The notes under the pieces: model-generated | The model's database searches: none | What the model was told of the DNA's origin: nothing | What the model saw: only the letters and a program-made list of their open reading frames with translations | NCBI GenBank assembly: GCA_030619905.1 | Contig: JAUXAO010000002.1 | Coordinates: forward strand, 1,193-65,192 | Direction of reading: 5' to 3' | From: a bacterium | GTDB taxonomy: Bacteria > Patescibacteriota > Minisyncoccia > Minisyncoccales > CG1-02-41-26 | DNA length: 64,000 nucleotides | Shown here: positions 9,799 through 19,519 of the stretch, piece by piece | Layout: each line of letters begins with the position of its first letter | How positions within the stretch are numbered: position 1 is the first letter of the stretch | Made by a program: the position numbers and the translations under genes

Positions 9799-10038
9799 AT
9801 GACTAAAGTTAAAATTTATTCAACATCTGCCTGTCCTTATTGCACGACTCTTAAAGAATTTCTAAAAGAGCGAGGAGTTGAATTTGAGGAAATTGATGTT
9901 TCCCAAGACGAAAAAGCAATGAAGGAAATGGTTGAAAAAACAGGCCAGATGGGGGTGCCAGTCATGGAAATTGATGGGGAAATAGTTATTGGATTTGATA
10001 GAGGAAAAATTATTAAACTCTTAAAACTCGAAAATTAA
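9799..10038 (+). CDS. glutaredoxin-like protein (NrdH/YruB-like)
   Basis: 79 aa; VKIYSTSACPYCTTLKEFL...GVPVMEIDGEIVIGFD. Confidence 0.8.
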   Translation: MTKVKIYSTSACPYCTTLKEFLKERGVEFEEIDVSQDEKAMKEMVEKTGQMGVPVMEIDGEIVIGFDRGKIIKLLKLEN

Positions 10039-10047
10039 AGCATAAAT

Positions 10048-11067
10048 ATGATTAAAATTGCTATTAATGGTCTCGGACGAATTGGCCGGCCTACATTCCG
10101 GAGAATTTTAGATAAACACCCAGAAATGAAAGTGGTAGCTGTTAATGATTTAACTGATACCAAGACCTTAGCTTATCTTTTGAAATATGATTCCCTTTAT
10201 GGAATTTCCAAAAAACAGATTAAGGCAAAAGGTGATGAACTTTTATTTGATGGGAAAGGTAATGGCAATAAAGTAAAAGTTTTTGCTGAGTCTGATCCGG
10301 AAAGACTGCCATGGAAAAAGCTTGATATTGATATTGTTTTGGAATGTACAGGACATTTTATAGATTTAGAGGGAGCAGGAAAACATTTAAAAGCGGGAGC
10401 GAAGAAAGTAATCATTTCCGCTCCAGCTAAATCGGATGAAATCCCAACTTATCTTTTAGGAGTAAACCAGGAAAAGTATAAGCCAAAAAAAGATGACATT
10501 ATCTCAATGGGTTCCTGTACGACCAATTGTTTGGCTCCAATAGCCAAAGTTTTAGACCAGGAATTCGGAATTGTTAAAGGTTTTATGACCACTATTCATA
10601 GTTATACCAATGACCAAAGAATTTTAGATTTAGCTCATAAAGATTTAAGGAGAAGCAGAGCAGCAGCAATAAATATCATTCCCACTACTACCGGAGCGGC
10701 TAAAACAGTTGAGAAATGCCTGCCTCAATTAAAAGGGAAATTAGATGGTTTAGCTTTGCGGGTTCCAACTCCCACTGTTTCAATTGTTGATTTTGTCTGT
10801 GAGGTTAAAAAAGAAACTTCATCTGAAGAGATAAACTACATTTTGAGAAAAAGATCAGAAAAAGAGGAATTAAGAGGGATTTTAGGAGTTGAAGATGCTC
10901 CATTAGTTTCTTCTGATTATAAAGGGAATTCCTATTCAGCAGTAGTCGATGCTCTTTCAACAATGGTCCAGGGGAATTTAGTAAAAGTTTTGGTCTGGTA
11001 TGATAACGAATATGGCTATGCCTGCCGCTTAGCTGAATTTGCGGAATATATTGGCAAAAAACTCTAA
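10048..11067 (+). CDS. gap: type I glyceraldehyde-3-phosphate dehydrogenase
   Basis: IKIAINGLGRIGR, SCTTNCLAP and WYDNEYGY. Confidence 0.95.
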   Translation: MIKIAINGLGRIGRPTFRRILDKHPEMKVVAVNDLTDTKTLAYLLKYDSLYGISKKQIKAKGDELLFDGKGNGNKVKVFAESDPERLPWKKLDIDIVLECTGHFIDLEGAGKHLKAGAKKVIISAPAKSDEIPTYLLGVNQEKYKPKKDDIISMGSCTTNCLAPIAKVLDQEFGIVKGFMTTIHSYTNDQRILDLAHKDLRRSRAAAINIIPTTTGAAKTVEKCLPQLKGKLDGLALRVPTPTVSIVDFVCEVKKETSSEEINYILRKRSEKEELRGILGVEDAPLVSSDYKGNSYSAVVDALSTMVQGNLVKVLVWYDNEYGYACRLAEFAEYIGKKL

Positions 11068-11146
11068 TATTTTGTAAACTTGAGAATCTTCTGGAATTGA
11101 AGTTCGGGAGGTTTTTTTATTTTTGAAAATTGAGTATAATAAGACT

Positions 11147-11716
11147 ATGAACAAGAAAATCCCAATTGAAATCTCGGCCAGGCACATCCATTTATCTCAG
11201 AAAGATTTAGAAAAGCTTTTTGGTAAAGGTTATCAGTTGAAAAAATTAAGAAAACTAAGTCAAGCAAATGATTTTGCTGCTAAAGAAACTTTGGATATCA
11301 AGATCGGTTCTAAAACTATTAAGAAATTAAGAATAGTCGGGCCGGTCAGAAAAGAGACTCAGATCGAATTATCTATAACAGATGCTTTCAGTTTAGGAAT
11401 TATTCCTTCCTTGAGATTATCAGGCGATATTAAAGGAACGCCAGGAGCAGTCTTAATTAAGTCAAAAAAGAGATTAAAGATTAAAAAAGGAGTGATTGTT
11501 GCCCAACGACACTTGCATTGTAATTTCGAAGAGGCTAAAAAGTTAAAACTTAAAAATAAAATGTCTGTTTCTGTTAAGATAAAAGGAAAAAGAGCTTTGG
11601 TTTTTCATAATGTTAAAATCAGGATAGGAAAGAATTACAAACTTGCTGTTCATCTTGATACTGATGAAGGGAATGCTGCTGGTATAATAAAAAAAGGAAA
11701 AGGAGAAATTATATGA
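11147..11716 (+). CDS. pduL: phosphate propanoyl/acetyltransferase PduL-type
   Basis: IPIEISARHIHLSQKDLEKLFG and a second half with AQRHLH. ATG 11147 is preferred over the TTG 11123 of the ORF track. Confidence 0.75.
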   Translation: MNKKIPIEISARHIHLSQKDLEKLFGKGYQLKKLRKLSQANDFAAKETLDIKIGSKTIKKLRIVGPVRKETQIELSITDAFSLGIIPSLRLSGDIKGTPGAVLIKSKKRLKIKKGVIVAQRHLHCNFEEAKKLKLKNKMSVSVKIKGKRALVFHNVKIRIGKNYKLAVHLDTDEGNAAGIIKKGKGEII

Positions 11717-12741
11717 TTTTAATTCTAAATTGCGGAAGTCAATCAATAAAATGGAAGTTATTTAGGGACAGCCTGAGATTAGAGAAAAAAGGAAATAGGG
11801 ATGTTTTTAATTCTCAGAATTATCGGAAAATTCTGACAAAAGAGTTTGAAAAAATAAATAATTACGGAAAGGAGATAAAAACAATAGGACACCGGGTAGT
11901 CCATGGAGGAAATAGATTTAGAAAACCGACCTTAATCAACCAAAGAAATTTAAAAAAACTGGAAAAATTTAATAAATTTGCTCCTCTACATAATCCATTT
12001 AATATCTTAGGAATAAAAATAAGTCAAAAGATTTTTCCAAACTCAAAACAAATAGCTGTTTTTGATACTGATTTTTATCTGAACCTGCCAGAAAAGGCTT
12101 TTGATTATACTTTGCCAAAATACATAATAAAGAAATTTGGGTTTAAAAAACTAGGTTTTCATGGTATTTCTCATGAGTTTGTGGCAAAAGAAGCGGCCAG
12201 AAAAATTAAAAAACCGTTTGAAAAATTAAAGATTATTACTTGTCATTTGGGAGGTGGTTCGAGCATAACAGCTATTAAACATGGTAGAGCGATTGATACT
12301 TCAATGGGATTTACTCCAATGGAAGGAATAATAATGATGACCCGGCCTGGTGATATTGACGCAGGCATTGTTTTAGAACTTACTAAGAATTTTTCTCCAA
12401 AGAAGACAGATGAAATTTTAAATTTAGAGTCTGGACTTAAATCAATTTCAGGGTCTAAAGGAATGTTGGAAATTTTAAGAAAAGTAAAAAAAGGAAACAA
12501 GAGAGCAAAGTTTGCTTTAGAAATATTTGCCTATAAAATTAAGAAATATATCGGAGCATATTTTACTATTTTAGGAGGGTGTGATTTACTGGTTTTTACT
12601 GGAACAATTGGCTGTGGTTCTCTAAAAATTAGAAAGATGATTTGTAAAGATTTAACCATTTTAAAAAATACTAAAATTCTATCTATAGAAACAAATGAAG
12701 AATTAGCAATTGCAAAAAAAATAACAAAAGTAGTAAAGTGA
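11713..12741 (+). CDS. ackA: acetate kinase (short form, 342 aa)
   Basis: ILILNCGSQSIKWKLF, IGHRVVHGG, FDTDFY and HLGGGSSI; ATGA overlap with pduL. Confidence 0.85.
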   Translation: MILILNCGSQSIKWKLFRDSLRLEKKGNRDVFNSQNYRKILTKEFEKINNYGKEIKTIGHRVVHGGNRFRKPTLINQRNLKKLEKFNKFAPLHNPFNILGIKISQKIFPNSKQIAVFDTDFYLNLPEKAFDYTLPKYIIKKFGFKKLGFHGISHEFVAKEAARKIKKPFEKLKIITCHLGGGSSITAIKHGRAIDTSMGFTPMEGIIMMTRPGDIDAGIVLELTKNFSPKKTDEILNLESGLKSISGSKGMLEILRKVKKGNKRAKFALEIFAYKIKKYIGAYFTILGGCDLLVFTGTIGCGSLKIRKMICKDLTILKNTKILSIETNEELAIAKKITKVVK

Positions 12742-12750
12742 TAAAAAAAC

Positions 12751-15147
12751 ATGAAAAGAGAACAAAAATATATTCTTTGGTTTAAAGAGATTACTAGTAA
12801 AGATGTTCTTTTAGTAGGCGGAAAAAACGCTTCTCTTGGGGAAATGTATTCCAAGCTTTCTAAAAAAAGAGTTAATATTCCAGATGGTTTTGCCTTGACC
12901 TCAAAAGCATACTGGCATTATTTGAAAGAAAATAGAATTGATAAAAAGATAAAGAGAATCTTTAAAAAGTTTAATCCTCAAAGTATTAAAAATTTGCAGG
13001 AAACAGGGCGACAAGCTCGCAATTTAATTCTAAAAGCAGAACTTCCAAAGAATTTAGAGAGAGAGATTTTGAAGAATTACAAAAAGTTATCTAAAAAATA
13101 TAAAGAAGACTTTAGTGATGTTGCTGTTCGTTCTTCAGCAACGGCTGAGGATTTACCTTCAGCCAGTTTTGCGGGTCAGCACGAAACTTTTTTAAACATT
13201 TCTAGCGAAGAAGAATTATTAAAAGCTGTTAAAAAATGTATGGCTTCTTTATTTACTGATCGGGCCATTGCTTATCGTGAGGAAAAAGGGTTTAATCATT
13301 TAAAAATTGCTCTTTCGGTTGGGGTCCAGAAAATGGTTAGATCAGATCTGGCTTCTTCCGGAGTGGTGTTCACCCTTGATACCGAAACCGGTTTTAGAAA
13401 TGTAGTTTTAATAAATTCAATTTATGGGATAGGGGAAATGATAGTTAAAGGGAAAATTACGCCTGATGAGTTTTTTGTTTTTAAACCAACTCTAAAAAAA
13501 GGATTTAAATCAATTATTCTTAAAAACTTGGGAAGAAAAGACAAGAAATATATTTATAACAGGAAAGGTGGACTAAAGGAAGTTCCTGTTTTATCAGCTC
13601 AGCAGTTAAAATTTTCTTTGACTGATGAAGAAATTCTTCAACTAGCGCGCTGGGCTTGTTTAATTGAAGAACACTACAAAATTCCTCAGGATATTGAGTG
13701 GGCAAAAGACGGAAAGACAGGAGAACTTTTTATTGTTCAATCCAGACCGGAAACAGTCCATCTTTCTGATACAAAAAAGTTCTATGAAGAATACGAAATA
13801 AAAAGTAAAAAGAAGCCTATTTTAACTGGCATAGCTATTGGAGATAAGATTGGAACTGGGAATGTTCATGTTATTTCTGATGTTTCTAAAATATCTCAGT
13901 TTAAAAAAGGAGAAGTTTTAGTAACAAAAATGACAGATCCTGACTGGACAACAATTATGACTATGGCTTCGGCTATTGTGACTGACGAGGGAAGCAAGAC
14001 CTGCCATTCAGCTATAATTTCAAGAGAATTAGGAATTCCTTGTATTGTGGGAACCCAAAAAGCAACCAAAATTTTAAAAACCGGCCAAGAAGTTACTATT
14101 AATTGTACTCAAGGATTGGATGGAAGAATTTATGACGGTAAAGTTCCTTTTAAGACTAAAAGGTTTAATTTAAAGAAAATACCGAGATTAAAAACCAAGA
14201 TAATGATTAATATTGGGGCTCCAGAAATTGCTTTTAAAACCTCATTTTTGCCAAATGACGGAGTAGGATTAGCCAGAGAGGAATTTATTATTGCTGAAAA
14301 AATAAGAGTGCATCCTTTGGCTCTTTACCACTATAAAAAACTTAAAGCCTCAAAAGATAAACAAATCTCAAGAATTATAAAAAGGATTGATGAGATTACA
14401 ATAGAACATAAAAATAAGAGAGAATATTTTATCAAAGAGTTAGCCGAGGGAATTGCTCAGATTGGAGCCGCTTTCTATCCAAAGCCAGTAATTGTTAGAT
14501 TTTCTGATTTCAAGACAAATGAATATGCTCAATTAGTTGGTGGAAAACTGTTTGAACCTGAGGACGAGGCAAACCCAATGTTAGGATGGCGGGGAGCTTC
14601 AAGATATTATGATGAAAAATTCAAGCCAGCTTTTTTAATGGAATGCGAGGCGATAAAACGGGTTCGAGATATCTTTGGTTTGAAAAATATTGAATTAATG
14701 GTACCTTTTTGTCGAACAGTTGAAGAAGGGGAAAAAGTTTTGGATTTAATGAAAAAAGTCGGACTTAGAAAAGGTAAAGACGGATTGAAGGTTTATGTAA
14801 TGTGCGAAATTCCATCAAATGTTATTTCAGCTGAGGAGTTTTTAAAAATATTTGATGGGATGTCAATTGGATCCAACGATTTGACTCAATTGACTTTAGG
14901 AATTGATAGAGATAATGCTTATATTCAAAAAATTGGAGATGAAAGAAATCCGGCAGTGAAAGAGATGATTGGAAAAGTTATCCAGCTTTGCAATATCAAG
15001 AATAAGTATTGCGGAATTTGTGGTGATGCACCTTCTTCATTTCCTGATTTTGCTAAATTTTTATCAGATTGTAAAATTCTATCCATTTCTCTGTCACCAG
15101 ACGCTGTAATAAAAACAATTTTAAATTTAGCAAAAAAGAAAAAATAA
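12751..15147 (+). CDS. ppsA: phosphoenolpyruvate synthase (pyruvate, water dikinase)
   Basis: 798 aa; VGGKNASLGEMY, VAVRSSATAEDLP, the phosphohistidine region GSKTCHSAIISRELGIPCIVG, and a C-terminal PEP-utilising domain GSNDLTQL. Confidence 0.9.
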   Translation: MKREQKYILWFKEITSKDVLLVGGKNASLGEMYSKLSKKRVNIPDGFALTSKAYWHYLKENRIDKKIKRIFKKFNPQSIKNLQETGRQARNLILKAELPKNLEREILKNYKKLSKKYKEDFSDVAVRSSATAEDLPSASFAGQHETFLNISSEEELLKAVKKCMASLFTDRAIAYREEKGFNHLKIALSVGVQKMVRSDLASSGVVFTLDTETGFRNVVLINSIYGIGEMIVKGKITPDEFFVFKPTLKKGFKSIILKNLGRKDKKYIYNRKGGLKEVPVLSAQQLKFSLTDEEILQLARWACLIEEHYKIPQDIEWAKDGKTGELFIVQSRPETVHLSDTKKFYEEYEIKSKKKPILTGIAIGDKIGTGNVHVISDVSKISQFKKGEVLVTKMTDPDWTTIMTMASAIVTDEGSKTCHSAIISRELGIPCIVGTQKATKILKTGQEVTINCTQGLDGRIYDGKVPFKTKRFNLKKIPRLKTKIMINIGAPEIAFKTSFLPNDGVGLAREEFIIAEKIRVHPLALYHYKKLKASKDKQISRIIKRIDEITIEHKNKREYFIKELAEGIAQIGAAFYPKPVIVRFSDFKTNEYAQLVGGKLFEPEDEANPMLGWRGASRYYDEKFKPAFLMECEAIKRVRDIFGLKNIELMVPFCRTVEEGEKVLDLMKKVGLRKGKDGLKVYVMCEIPSNVISAEEFLKIFDGMSIGSNDLTQLTLGIDRDNAYIQKIGDERNPAVKEMIGKVIQLCNIKNKYCGICGDAPSSFPDFAKFLSDCKILSISLSPDAVIKTILNLAKKKK

Positions 15148-15148
15148 T

Positions 15149-16147
15149 ATGTTTGACATTATTACATTTGGTTCAGCAACAATAGACACCTTCTTAAAAT
15201 TAAGAGATAAAGATTATCACATTTCAAAAGATAATAAATTCTCAAGCGGGAAAGCTTTTTGCCTGCCTTTAGGTTCAAAAATATCGATAGATGATTTAAA
15301 GGTTTCAAGTGGAGGTGGGGGAACAAACACTGCTTGTACCTTTTCAAGACAAGGATTTAAAGTAAGTTATGTAGGAAAAGTCGGTGATGATAAAAGAGGA
15401 GAGGAATTAATAGAGGAACTTAAAAAAAATAAAATTGAAACTCAGTTTGTGAAAAAGGATAAAAATCATCCTACTGCTTTTTCCCTTATTTTATCTTCTT
15501 CAATTGGAGAAAGAACAGCTTTAATTTATCGGGGTGCTTGTCATTTTATGGAAAAAAGCGATATTCCCTGGGAGAAACTAAAAAAGACTAGATGGTTTTA
15601 TTTAGGTCCTTTGAGCGGGAAATCATCCCAGATTTTTGCTCCTTTGGTAAGATTTGCTAAAAAGAACAATATAAAAGTTGCGGCGAATCTCGGAAATAGT
15701 CAGATAAGCTTAGGCCAAAGGGTTTTGAAGCCAATTCTTTCTCAGCTTGACGTTTTAATTTTGAATAGAGAAGAAGCCTCTTTATTGACAAAGATTTCGT
15801 CTAAAAATGAAAAAGAAATCATAAAAAAAATATCTTTGTTTACTAAAGGTATTATTGTTATAACGAAAGGGAAAAAAGGATCAATAGTTTCTAATGGGAA
15901 ATATGTTTTTGAAGCAGGTATTCCGTCAGTTTTAGCAGTAGAGGCAACAGGAGCTGGAGACGCTTATGGAAGTGGATTTTTGAGTGGACTTTTGTCTAAA
16001 AATAATATAGAATATGCTATCCAACTGGCAACTGCCAATTCTTCAAGCTGTACCCAAAAAATTGGAGCAAAAAACGGCTTGTTGCAAAAAAATAAATGGG
16101 GAATTTGGCCCCGGGTTAAAGTTAGAAAGAAATTATTATGGAAATAA
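15149..16147 (+). CDS. PfkB-family carbohydrate kinase
   Basis: SSGGGGTNTA and EATGAGDAYGSGFLSGL motifs; substrate unknown. Confidence 0.75.
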   Translation: MFDIITFGSATIDTFLKLRDKDYHISKDNKFSSGKAFCLPLGSKISIDDLKVSSGGGGTNTACTFSRQGFKVSYVGKVGDDKRGEELIEELKKNKIETQFVKKDKNHPTAFSLILSSSIGERTALIYRGACHFMEKSDIPWEKLKKTRWFYLGPLSGKSSQIFAPLVRFAKKNNIKVAANLGNSQISLGQRVLKPILSQLDVLILNREEASLLTKISSKNEKEIIKKISLFTKGIIVITKGKKGSIVSNGKYVFEAGIPSVLAVEATGAGDAYGSGFLSGLLSKNNIEYAIQLATANSSSCTQKIGAKNGLLQKNKWGIWPRVKVRKKLLWK

Positions 16148-16365
16148 TTTTAGAAAAATCAAAATGTATTGGTTGTGGTTCTTGTATAGCTTTATGTTCA
16201 AAGTTTTTTGAAATAGACGAGCAGGGAAAGGCCCATTTAAAAAAGTCAGAATTTGATCCTAAAACAGAAAAAGAAACATTAGAGATTTCAAAGGCAGGGT
16301 GTATTGAAGAAGCCATAGAGATCTGTCCGGTACAGTGTATAAAAATTAAAAAAATTAAAAAATAG
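16138..16365 (+). CDS. small ferredoxin (single [4Fe-4S]/[3Fe-4S]-type)
   Basis: 75 aa; CIGCGSCIALC ... ICPVQCI; overlaps the kinase stop by 10 nt. Confidence 0.65.
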   Translation: MEIILEKSKCIGCGSCIALCSKFFEIDEQGKAHLKKSEFDPKTEKETLEISKAGCIEEAIEICPVQCIKIKKIKK

Positions 16366-16423
16366 AAAAGAGTTAACTAGCTTCCAATTTCAATTTTCCA
16401 TACTAACCTTTTTTATAAATTAT

Positions 16424-17140
16424 ATGGTTTTACTCAAAGCAAAAACAAGAGATAAAGCGAGTAGAAAAGTTCACTCTATTCGCAAGCAGGGTTTTATTCC
16501 GGCTGTTTTGTACGGAGCGGAGATTAAAAATCTTTCCATTGAAGTTGATAAGAAAGAATTTGAAGATGTTTACAAAGATGCAGGGGAAAGTTCTTTAATT
16601 TCCCTTGAAATAGAAGGCAAGAAATTTTCCGTTTTAATTCACCAGATAGCCCGCGATCCCATAACTGGAGAATTTTTACACGTTGATTTTTATCATCCTT
16701 CTAGCAAGAAGAAAGTCGAAGCTGAGATTCCTTTAATATTTGAAGGAGAAGCGCCAGCTGTCAAAGAATTAGGAGGCACTTTGGAAAAAGCACTCCAGAC
16801 AGTAGAAGTTAAAGGATTGGCTCAGGATCTTCCAAGAGAAATTAAGATTAATGTTGAAAATCTTAAAACGTTTGAAGACAGAGTTTTAATTAAGGATTTA
16901 GAAATTCCTGAAAGAGTGGAACTTTTAAAGGATCCTGATGAAATTGTTGTTCATGTTACACCACCAGGGAAAGTTGAAGAAGAGCTTGCTGCTGAGGAAA
17001 AGAAAACAGAAGAAGAAAAGGCAGAAGAGGAGAAGCCAGAAGAAGAGAAAACTGAAGAGAAACCAGGAGAAGAGAAAGTTAAAGAGAAGCCAGAAGGAGA
17101 AAAAGGTGAGCAGAAAAAAGAAGAAACCAAACACAAGTAA
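16424..17140 (+). CDS. rplY: 50S ribosomal protein L25/general stress protein Ctc, with a long E/K-rich C-terminal tail
   Basis: KVHSIRKQGFIPAVLYG, HQIARDPITGEFLHVDF, and a tail (EEK/KPE)n from about residue 180. Confidence 0.85.
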   Translation: MVLLKAKTRDKASRKVHSIRKQGFIPAVLYGAEIKNLSIEVDKKEFEDVYKDAGESSLISLEIEGKKFSVLIHQIARDPITGEFLHVDFYHPSSKKKVEAEIPLIFEGEAPAVKELGGTLEKALQTVEVKGLAQDLPREIKINVENLKTFEDRVLIKDLEIPERVELLKDPDEIVVHVTPPGKVEEELAAEEKKTEEEKAEEEKPEEEKTEEKPGEEKVKEKPEGEKGEQKKEETKHK

Positions 17141-17151
17141 TTTTCATTGGT

Positions 17152-18549
17152 ATGTTTTTCCGTCCTTCAAAAACAATTCTCTATTTTCTTTTGATAGTCG
17201 CTTTTTTATTGCCAACTATCAAAGGATTTGCCCAAGAAAATCTTGAGGAAATTTGTCAATGGGAAAAGATTGAGGAAAAGCCTGAAAATCTTTCAGATGA
17301 GGATTATGAGTCTTTGTTAAAAAGATGTCAGGAGTATTATCAGAAGATAAGCCAGGATATAGAAGCTGATATTAGTAGAACCGAAGAAGAAAAAAATACT
17401 CTTCAAAATAAGATTTATATCCTAAAAAACAAAATAAGAAGCTTAGATTACCAAATATACCAAGGTAATATAATGGTCAAAGATCTTAGTGTACAAATCC
17501 AAGATACTCAGTTGTCAATTGATGAAACTAATTTAAAAATTGAAGAGGTTAAAAGAAATTTATCTAATATTTTACAACTTCAATATGAAGAAGATCAGAG
17601 GTCTTTTGTATCAATTTTATTGGCCGAAGAAACTTTAACTGATCTTTTTAATGAGTTAATGGCTCTAGAAGCAATAAATTTAAAAACCCAAGATCTTTTA
17701 AGGAGTATTAAAGATTTGAAATTTAATTTAGAAGGGCATAAAGAACACATGGATGAGGAAAAAGGAGATTTAGAAAACGTAGTTATGATGCAAACACTTC
17801 AGAAACAAGAAAGTGCAAGAACAAAAGAACAAGAAGAGTATTTTTTGAGATTAACTGAAGAAGAATATCAAAAGCAGCTTAGAGAACAGGAAGAAATTGA
17901 AAAAAAGGTGGCTGAAATTAGAGCAAGAATTTTTGAGTTAGTCGGAATACCTGAAGCACCAACTTTTGGAGAAGCGTTAGACCTGGCCAAATATGTAGAA
18001 AGTATCACCGGAGTTCGGCCTGCTCTTTTGTTAGCTGTCTTAACGCAGGAGTCAAATATTGGAAAGAACGTTGGCCAGTGTTATTTAAAAAATCCCTCAA
18101 CTGGTGAGGGAGTAGTGGCTTATAACGGTAGAAAAATTGCCAGAGTGATGAAACCAACAAGAGATGTTCAGCCATTTTTATCTATAACAAAAGAATTAGG
18201 TAGAGATCCTTACAATACATTAGTTTCATGCCCAATGAGTTATGGATGGGGAGGAGCAATGGGACCAAGCCAGTTTATTCCGTCTACTTGGATCATATAC
18301 AGAGAAAGAGTAAAACAGATTACTGGTAAACCAGCAGATCCCTGGAACATCAAAGACGCTTTTTTGGCTACGGGTCTGTATTTGTCAGATTATGGCGCAG
18401 CTCAGCGAACTTACAGTGGAGAATGGAGAGCAGCTATGATTTATTTTTCAGGAAGCACTAATTCAAAGTACAGTTTTTACGGAAACAGCGTAATGGCCAT
18501 AGCTAAAGATTTGCAGAAAGATATTGAAACTATTGAATCTGCCCAATAA
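17152..18549 (+). CDS. secreted coiled-coil protein with C-terminal lytic murein transglycosylase-like domain
   Basis: N-terminal signal/TM segment, about 250 aa of heptad-like E/K/Q/L-rich sequence, then LLAVLTQESNIG and GAMGPSQFIPSTW (MltB/SLT_2-like). Confidence 0.6.
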   Translation: MFFRPSKTILYFLLIVAFLLPTIKGFAQENLEEICQWEKIEEKPENLSDEDYESLLKRCQEYYQKISQDIEADISRTEEEKNTLQNKIYILKNKIRSLDYQIYQGNIMVKDLSVQIQDTQLSIDETNLKIEEVKRNLSNILQLQYEEDQRSFVSILLAEETLTDLFNELMALEAINLKTQDLLRSIKDLKFNLEGHKEHMDEEKGDLENVVMMQTLQKQESARTKEQEEYFLRLTEEEYQKQLREQEEIEKKVAEIRARIFELVGIPEAPTFGEALDLAKYVESITGVRPALLLAVLTQESNIGKNVGQCYLKNPSTGEGVVAYNGRKIARVMKPTRDVQPFLSITKELGRDPYNTLVSCPMSYGWGGAMGPSQFIPSTWIIYRERVKQITGKPADPWNIKDAFLATGLYLSDYGAAQRTYSGEWRAAMIYFSGSTNSKYSFYGNSVMAIAKDLQKDIETIESAQ

Positions 18550-18560
18550 AGATTTTATTC

Positions 18561-19283
18561 TTAGATTGATTTTTGAAGAGCTTTAACAATAGGATTTAAA
18601 TTTCCAGTTAAAATTTTTTCTATATTATGGAATTTCTTGTTAATCCGATGGTCTGTAATTCTGTCCTGTGGAAAATTATAAGTCCTGATTTTTTCTGATC
18701 TCTGAGCCCGACCAATTTGAGTTTTTCTTTCCCCAGCTATTTTATTCTCTATTTCCATCTTTTTCTTTTCAAAAAGCTTGGCTTCCAGGATATTTAAAGC
18801 CGCTTTTTTGTTTTCTTCAAGATTTCTTGAATTTTGGGAAGAAGAAACCAGATTAGTGGGTAAATGGGTAATCCGGACAGCAGTTTGGCGCTTGTTGACA
18901 TATTGGCCTCCTGGACCTGATGCTTTAAAGAAATCTATTCTCAAATCAGAAGGATTTAATTTTACTTGAGTGCTCTTTGGTTTTTCTAAAACAGCAACTG
19001 AAACAGTAGAGGTATGGATCCTATTTCCTTTTTCTGTTTTTGGTACTCTTTGAACCCTATGAACTCCGCCTTCATATTTCATTTTTAAATCAGCATTTTC
19101 ACCTTTTATTTCAAAAATTATCTGTTTTAGACCACCAATCTCTGTCTGATTAGAGTCTAAAATTCTAATTTGCCAGCCTTGTGTCTCAGCGTATTTTGAA
19201 TACATTTTAAAGAGGTCATGAGCAAAAAGAGCGGCTTCTTCTCCGCCAGCTCCACCTCTTATTTCCATAATAATTGATGACAT
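18561..19283 (-). CDS. prfA: peptide chain release factor, RF1-type (PKT tripeptide), lacking the N-terminal domain 1
   Basis: Starts MSSIIMEIRGGAGGEEAALFA. Contains GVHRVQRVPKTEKGNRIHTS and SGPGGQYVNKRQTAVRITHLPT. There is an in-frame stop 7 codons upstream of the ATG, and the rpmE stop lies 1 nt upstream. Confidence 0.8.
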   Translation of the reverse strand: MSSIIMEIRGGAGGEEAALFAHDLFKMYSKYAETQGWQIRILDSNQTEIGGLKQIIFEIKGENADLKMKYEGGVHRVQRVPKTEKGNRIHTSTVSVAVLEKPKSTQVKLNPSDLRIDFFKASGPGGQYVNKRQTAVRITHLPTNLVSSSQNSRNLEENKKAALNILEAKLFEKKKMEIENKIAGERKTQIGRAQRSEKIRTYNFPQDRITDHRINKKFHNIEKILTGNLNPIVKALQKSI

Positions 19284-19284
19284 A

Positions 19285-19494
19285 TTACTTTTTCTTTTTT
19301 GCTAATCTTTCCTTGAATTTTTGTACTTGTCCAGCTGTGTCAATTATTTTTTCTCCCCCAACATAAAAAGGATGACATTTAAAACAGATTTCAGTTTCAA
19401 TAGTTTCCTTGGTTGAGCCAACTTCAAAAGTATTTCCACAAGCACAATGGACTTTTGTCTTTGGATAGTATTTTGGATGAATATCTTTTTTCAT
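19285..19494 (-). CDS. rpmE: 50S ribosomal protein L31 (Zn-ribbon type)
   Basis: [10 protein letters not shown]...CACGN...CFKCHPFY. Confidence 0.9.
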   Translation of the reverse strand: MKKDIHPKYYPKTKVHCACGNTFEVGSTKETIETEICFKCHPFYVGGEKIIDTAGQVQKFKERLAKKKK

Positions 19495-19519
19495 ACAATA
19501 GCATCATATCATTAGGGTC

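Noticed and set aside
16925-17246. Three overlapping ORFs (16925..17134 -, 16938..17246 +, 16951..17136 -) with K-, F- or S-rich products
   Set aside because: They are alternative-frame readings of the GAA/AAG-rich repeat that encodes the E/K tail of ribosomal protein L25. The L25 frame is the only one continuous with a recognisable domain.
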